In this document: positions 62,731-64,000 of the stretch, in pieces
How the letters are laid out: each line of letters starts with the position of its first letter
Position numbering within the stretch: the first letter of the stretch is position 1
DNA from: Nitrospirota bacterium
GTDB taxonomy: Bacteria; Nitrospirota; UBA9217
Direction: 5' to 3'
Assembly: GCA_963818475.1 (NCBI GenBank)
Contig: CAWFSF010000005.1
Span: 288,001-352,000 of the forward strand
DNA length: 64,000 nt
Program-made: the position numbers and the translations under genes
Notes under the pieces: generated by a model
What the model was told of the DNA's origin: nothing
The model's input: only the letters and a program-made list of their open reading frames with translations
The model's database searches: none

Positions 62731-64000
62731 CTATCCTTTGAGCCCCTGCAGCGCGGGCGCATCAGGGTCCGGGCCCTGGAATACGGCACGGGCGTCGCCG
62801 ACCACATAGAGCGATCCCGTGATCAGGACCAGATCTTCCGGCGCAGCCCGATGACGGGCAAGCGCGATCGCCGCAGCGACGGTTTCCGCCGTTTCAACAG
62901 ACCCGTGCTGCTGCCGGATCCCCGTTGCCAGCGCTTCGACGTCCATGGCCCGGGAATAGTTCGGCTTCGTAACGATCACCAGGTCGGCCAGCGGCACGAG
63001 CTGCGACAGGATCCCTGCATGGTCCTTGTCGCCCAGGATCCCGATGACCAGCACCAGCCGCCGGTAGGACGGCTTCATATTCCTGACCGCTGCGGCCAGC
63101 TGCGCAGCCGAGGCCGGGTTGTGCGCCCCGTCCAGAAAGATATCGGGCCGCTCGGCGACACGTTCAAGACGTCCTTCCCACCGGGTCTGCGCCAGACCGC
63201 GGCGCATGGCCGCCTCGTCGACGACAACACCAGCCTCCTGCAGAACCTCCATCGCAGCCATGGCCAGGCAGGCGTTGTCGATCTGATAGCGGCCGATCAT
63301 CCCGATCTCAAGACCGGGAAAGAAGCTCTTGCGGCCGCGATAGCCGAATACCTGCGGCTGTCCGGCCACGATCTCTTCCGGAACAAAGTCCTTCCCCAGC
63401 CGGTAGAGCGGTGCCTGCACTGCCGCCGCCTCGCGCTCCAGGACCGCAGACCACTTCGGGCTGGACAACGCCCGTCACCACCGGCACCCCCTGCTTGATA
63501 ATGCCCGCCTTTTCCGCGGCGATCAGTTCGAGCGTCGTGCCGAGAAATTCCGTATGCTCCAGATCGATGTTCGTTATGACCGACAGGAGCGGCGTGATCA
63601 CGTTCGTGGCATCGAGCCGGCCGCCCATGCCGACCTCGATCACGGCCAGGTCCACCTGCTCCTCGGCGAACCAGGTGAATGCCATGGCGGTCGTGACCTC
63701 AAAGAACGTGGGAGCGGCGGGTCCGGCGCCGGGAACAGGGCGGGACGCGCACTCCCGCACACGCTCTGCGAGCGCTACGACCTGAGCTTCCGTGATCTGC
63801 ACGCCGTTGATGCGCATCCGCTCGGTGAAACTGACCAGATGCGGCGAGGTATAGAGCCCCACGCGGTAACCGGCTGCCTGCAGCATGCCGGTGATGAAAG
63901 CGGCGGTCGAACCCTTGCCGTTCGTTCCGGCAATATGCACCGAGCGAAAAGAGCGGTGCGGAGCGCCCATAAGCTCCAGCAGCCTGATGCTGTTCGAAAG
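62731..64000 (-). CDS. folC: Folylpolyglutamate synthase/dihydrofolate synthase (5' partial, one indel)
   Basis: HIAGTNGKGS, YTSPHL, EVGMGGRLDATN, WEGRLE, LDGAHNP, TGSLY. Confidence 0.95.

Noticed and set aside
5549-64000. Many split genes (RND, priA, rpiB, smpB, aconitase, citrate synthase, lptD, folC) as pseudogenes or programmed frameshifts
   Set aside because: Single-base indels are scattered through normally essential genes without other decay or consistent slippery sites. Long-read error is the best explanation.

Overview
This is a bacterial chromosomal window, mostly GC-rich. Gene content and order (rpiB-glyA-dCMP deaminase-nrdR-priA-smpB; folC-lptD-cutA; Aquifex-type aconitase) suggest Nitrospirota or a Deltaproteobacteria-like lineage, by inference only. 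Many genes, including normally essential ones, carry single-base frameshifts, which points to uncorrected long-read indels rather than real pseudogenes. Accessory content: (1) A ~3.75 kb non-autonomous Tn7-like element at 46108-49855. It has TG...CA ends, 3 spaced plus 4 clustered inverted TnsB-type sites, an IHF box and a near-perfect 5-bp target duplication. Its cargo is an integron cassette array with four attC sites, and it carries no tns or intI gene. (2) A second, eroded attC-bearing region near 37.4-37.8 kb, next to a sigma54-activator/amidohydrolase/aas/lplT cluster. (3) A large secreted transglutaminase-fold protein with an AT-rich NlpC/P60-like C-terminus, followed by a secreted beta-propeller gene; this is a candidate polymorphic toxin-immunity pair. 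(4) Two candidate selenoproteins not recognised by the ORF track, each with an in-frame UGA followed by a SECIS-like hairpin (59446-59628, and the C-terminus of the FmdB protein). (5) A sigma54-driven rhodanese/RND operon with a structured C-rich 5' leader. (6) Many intergenic hairpins built from 7-9-mer tandem repeats; one encloses a GxxExxY gene and some lie in-frame inside a coding sequence.
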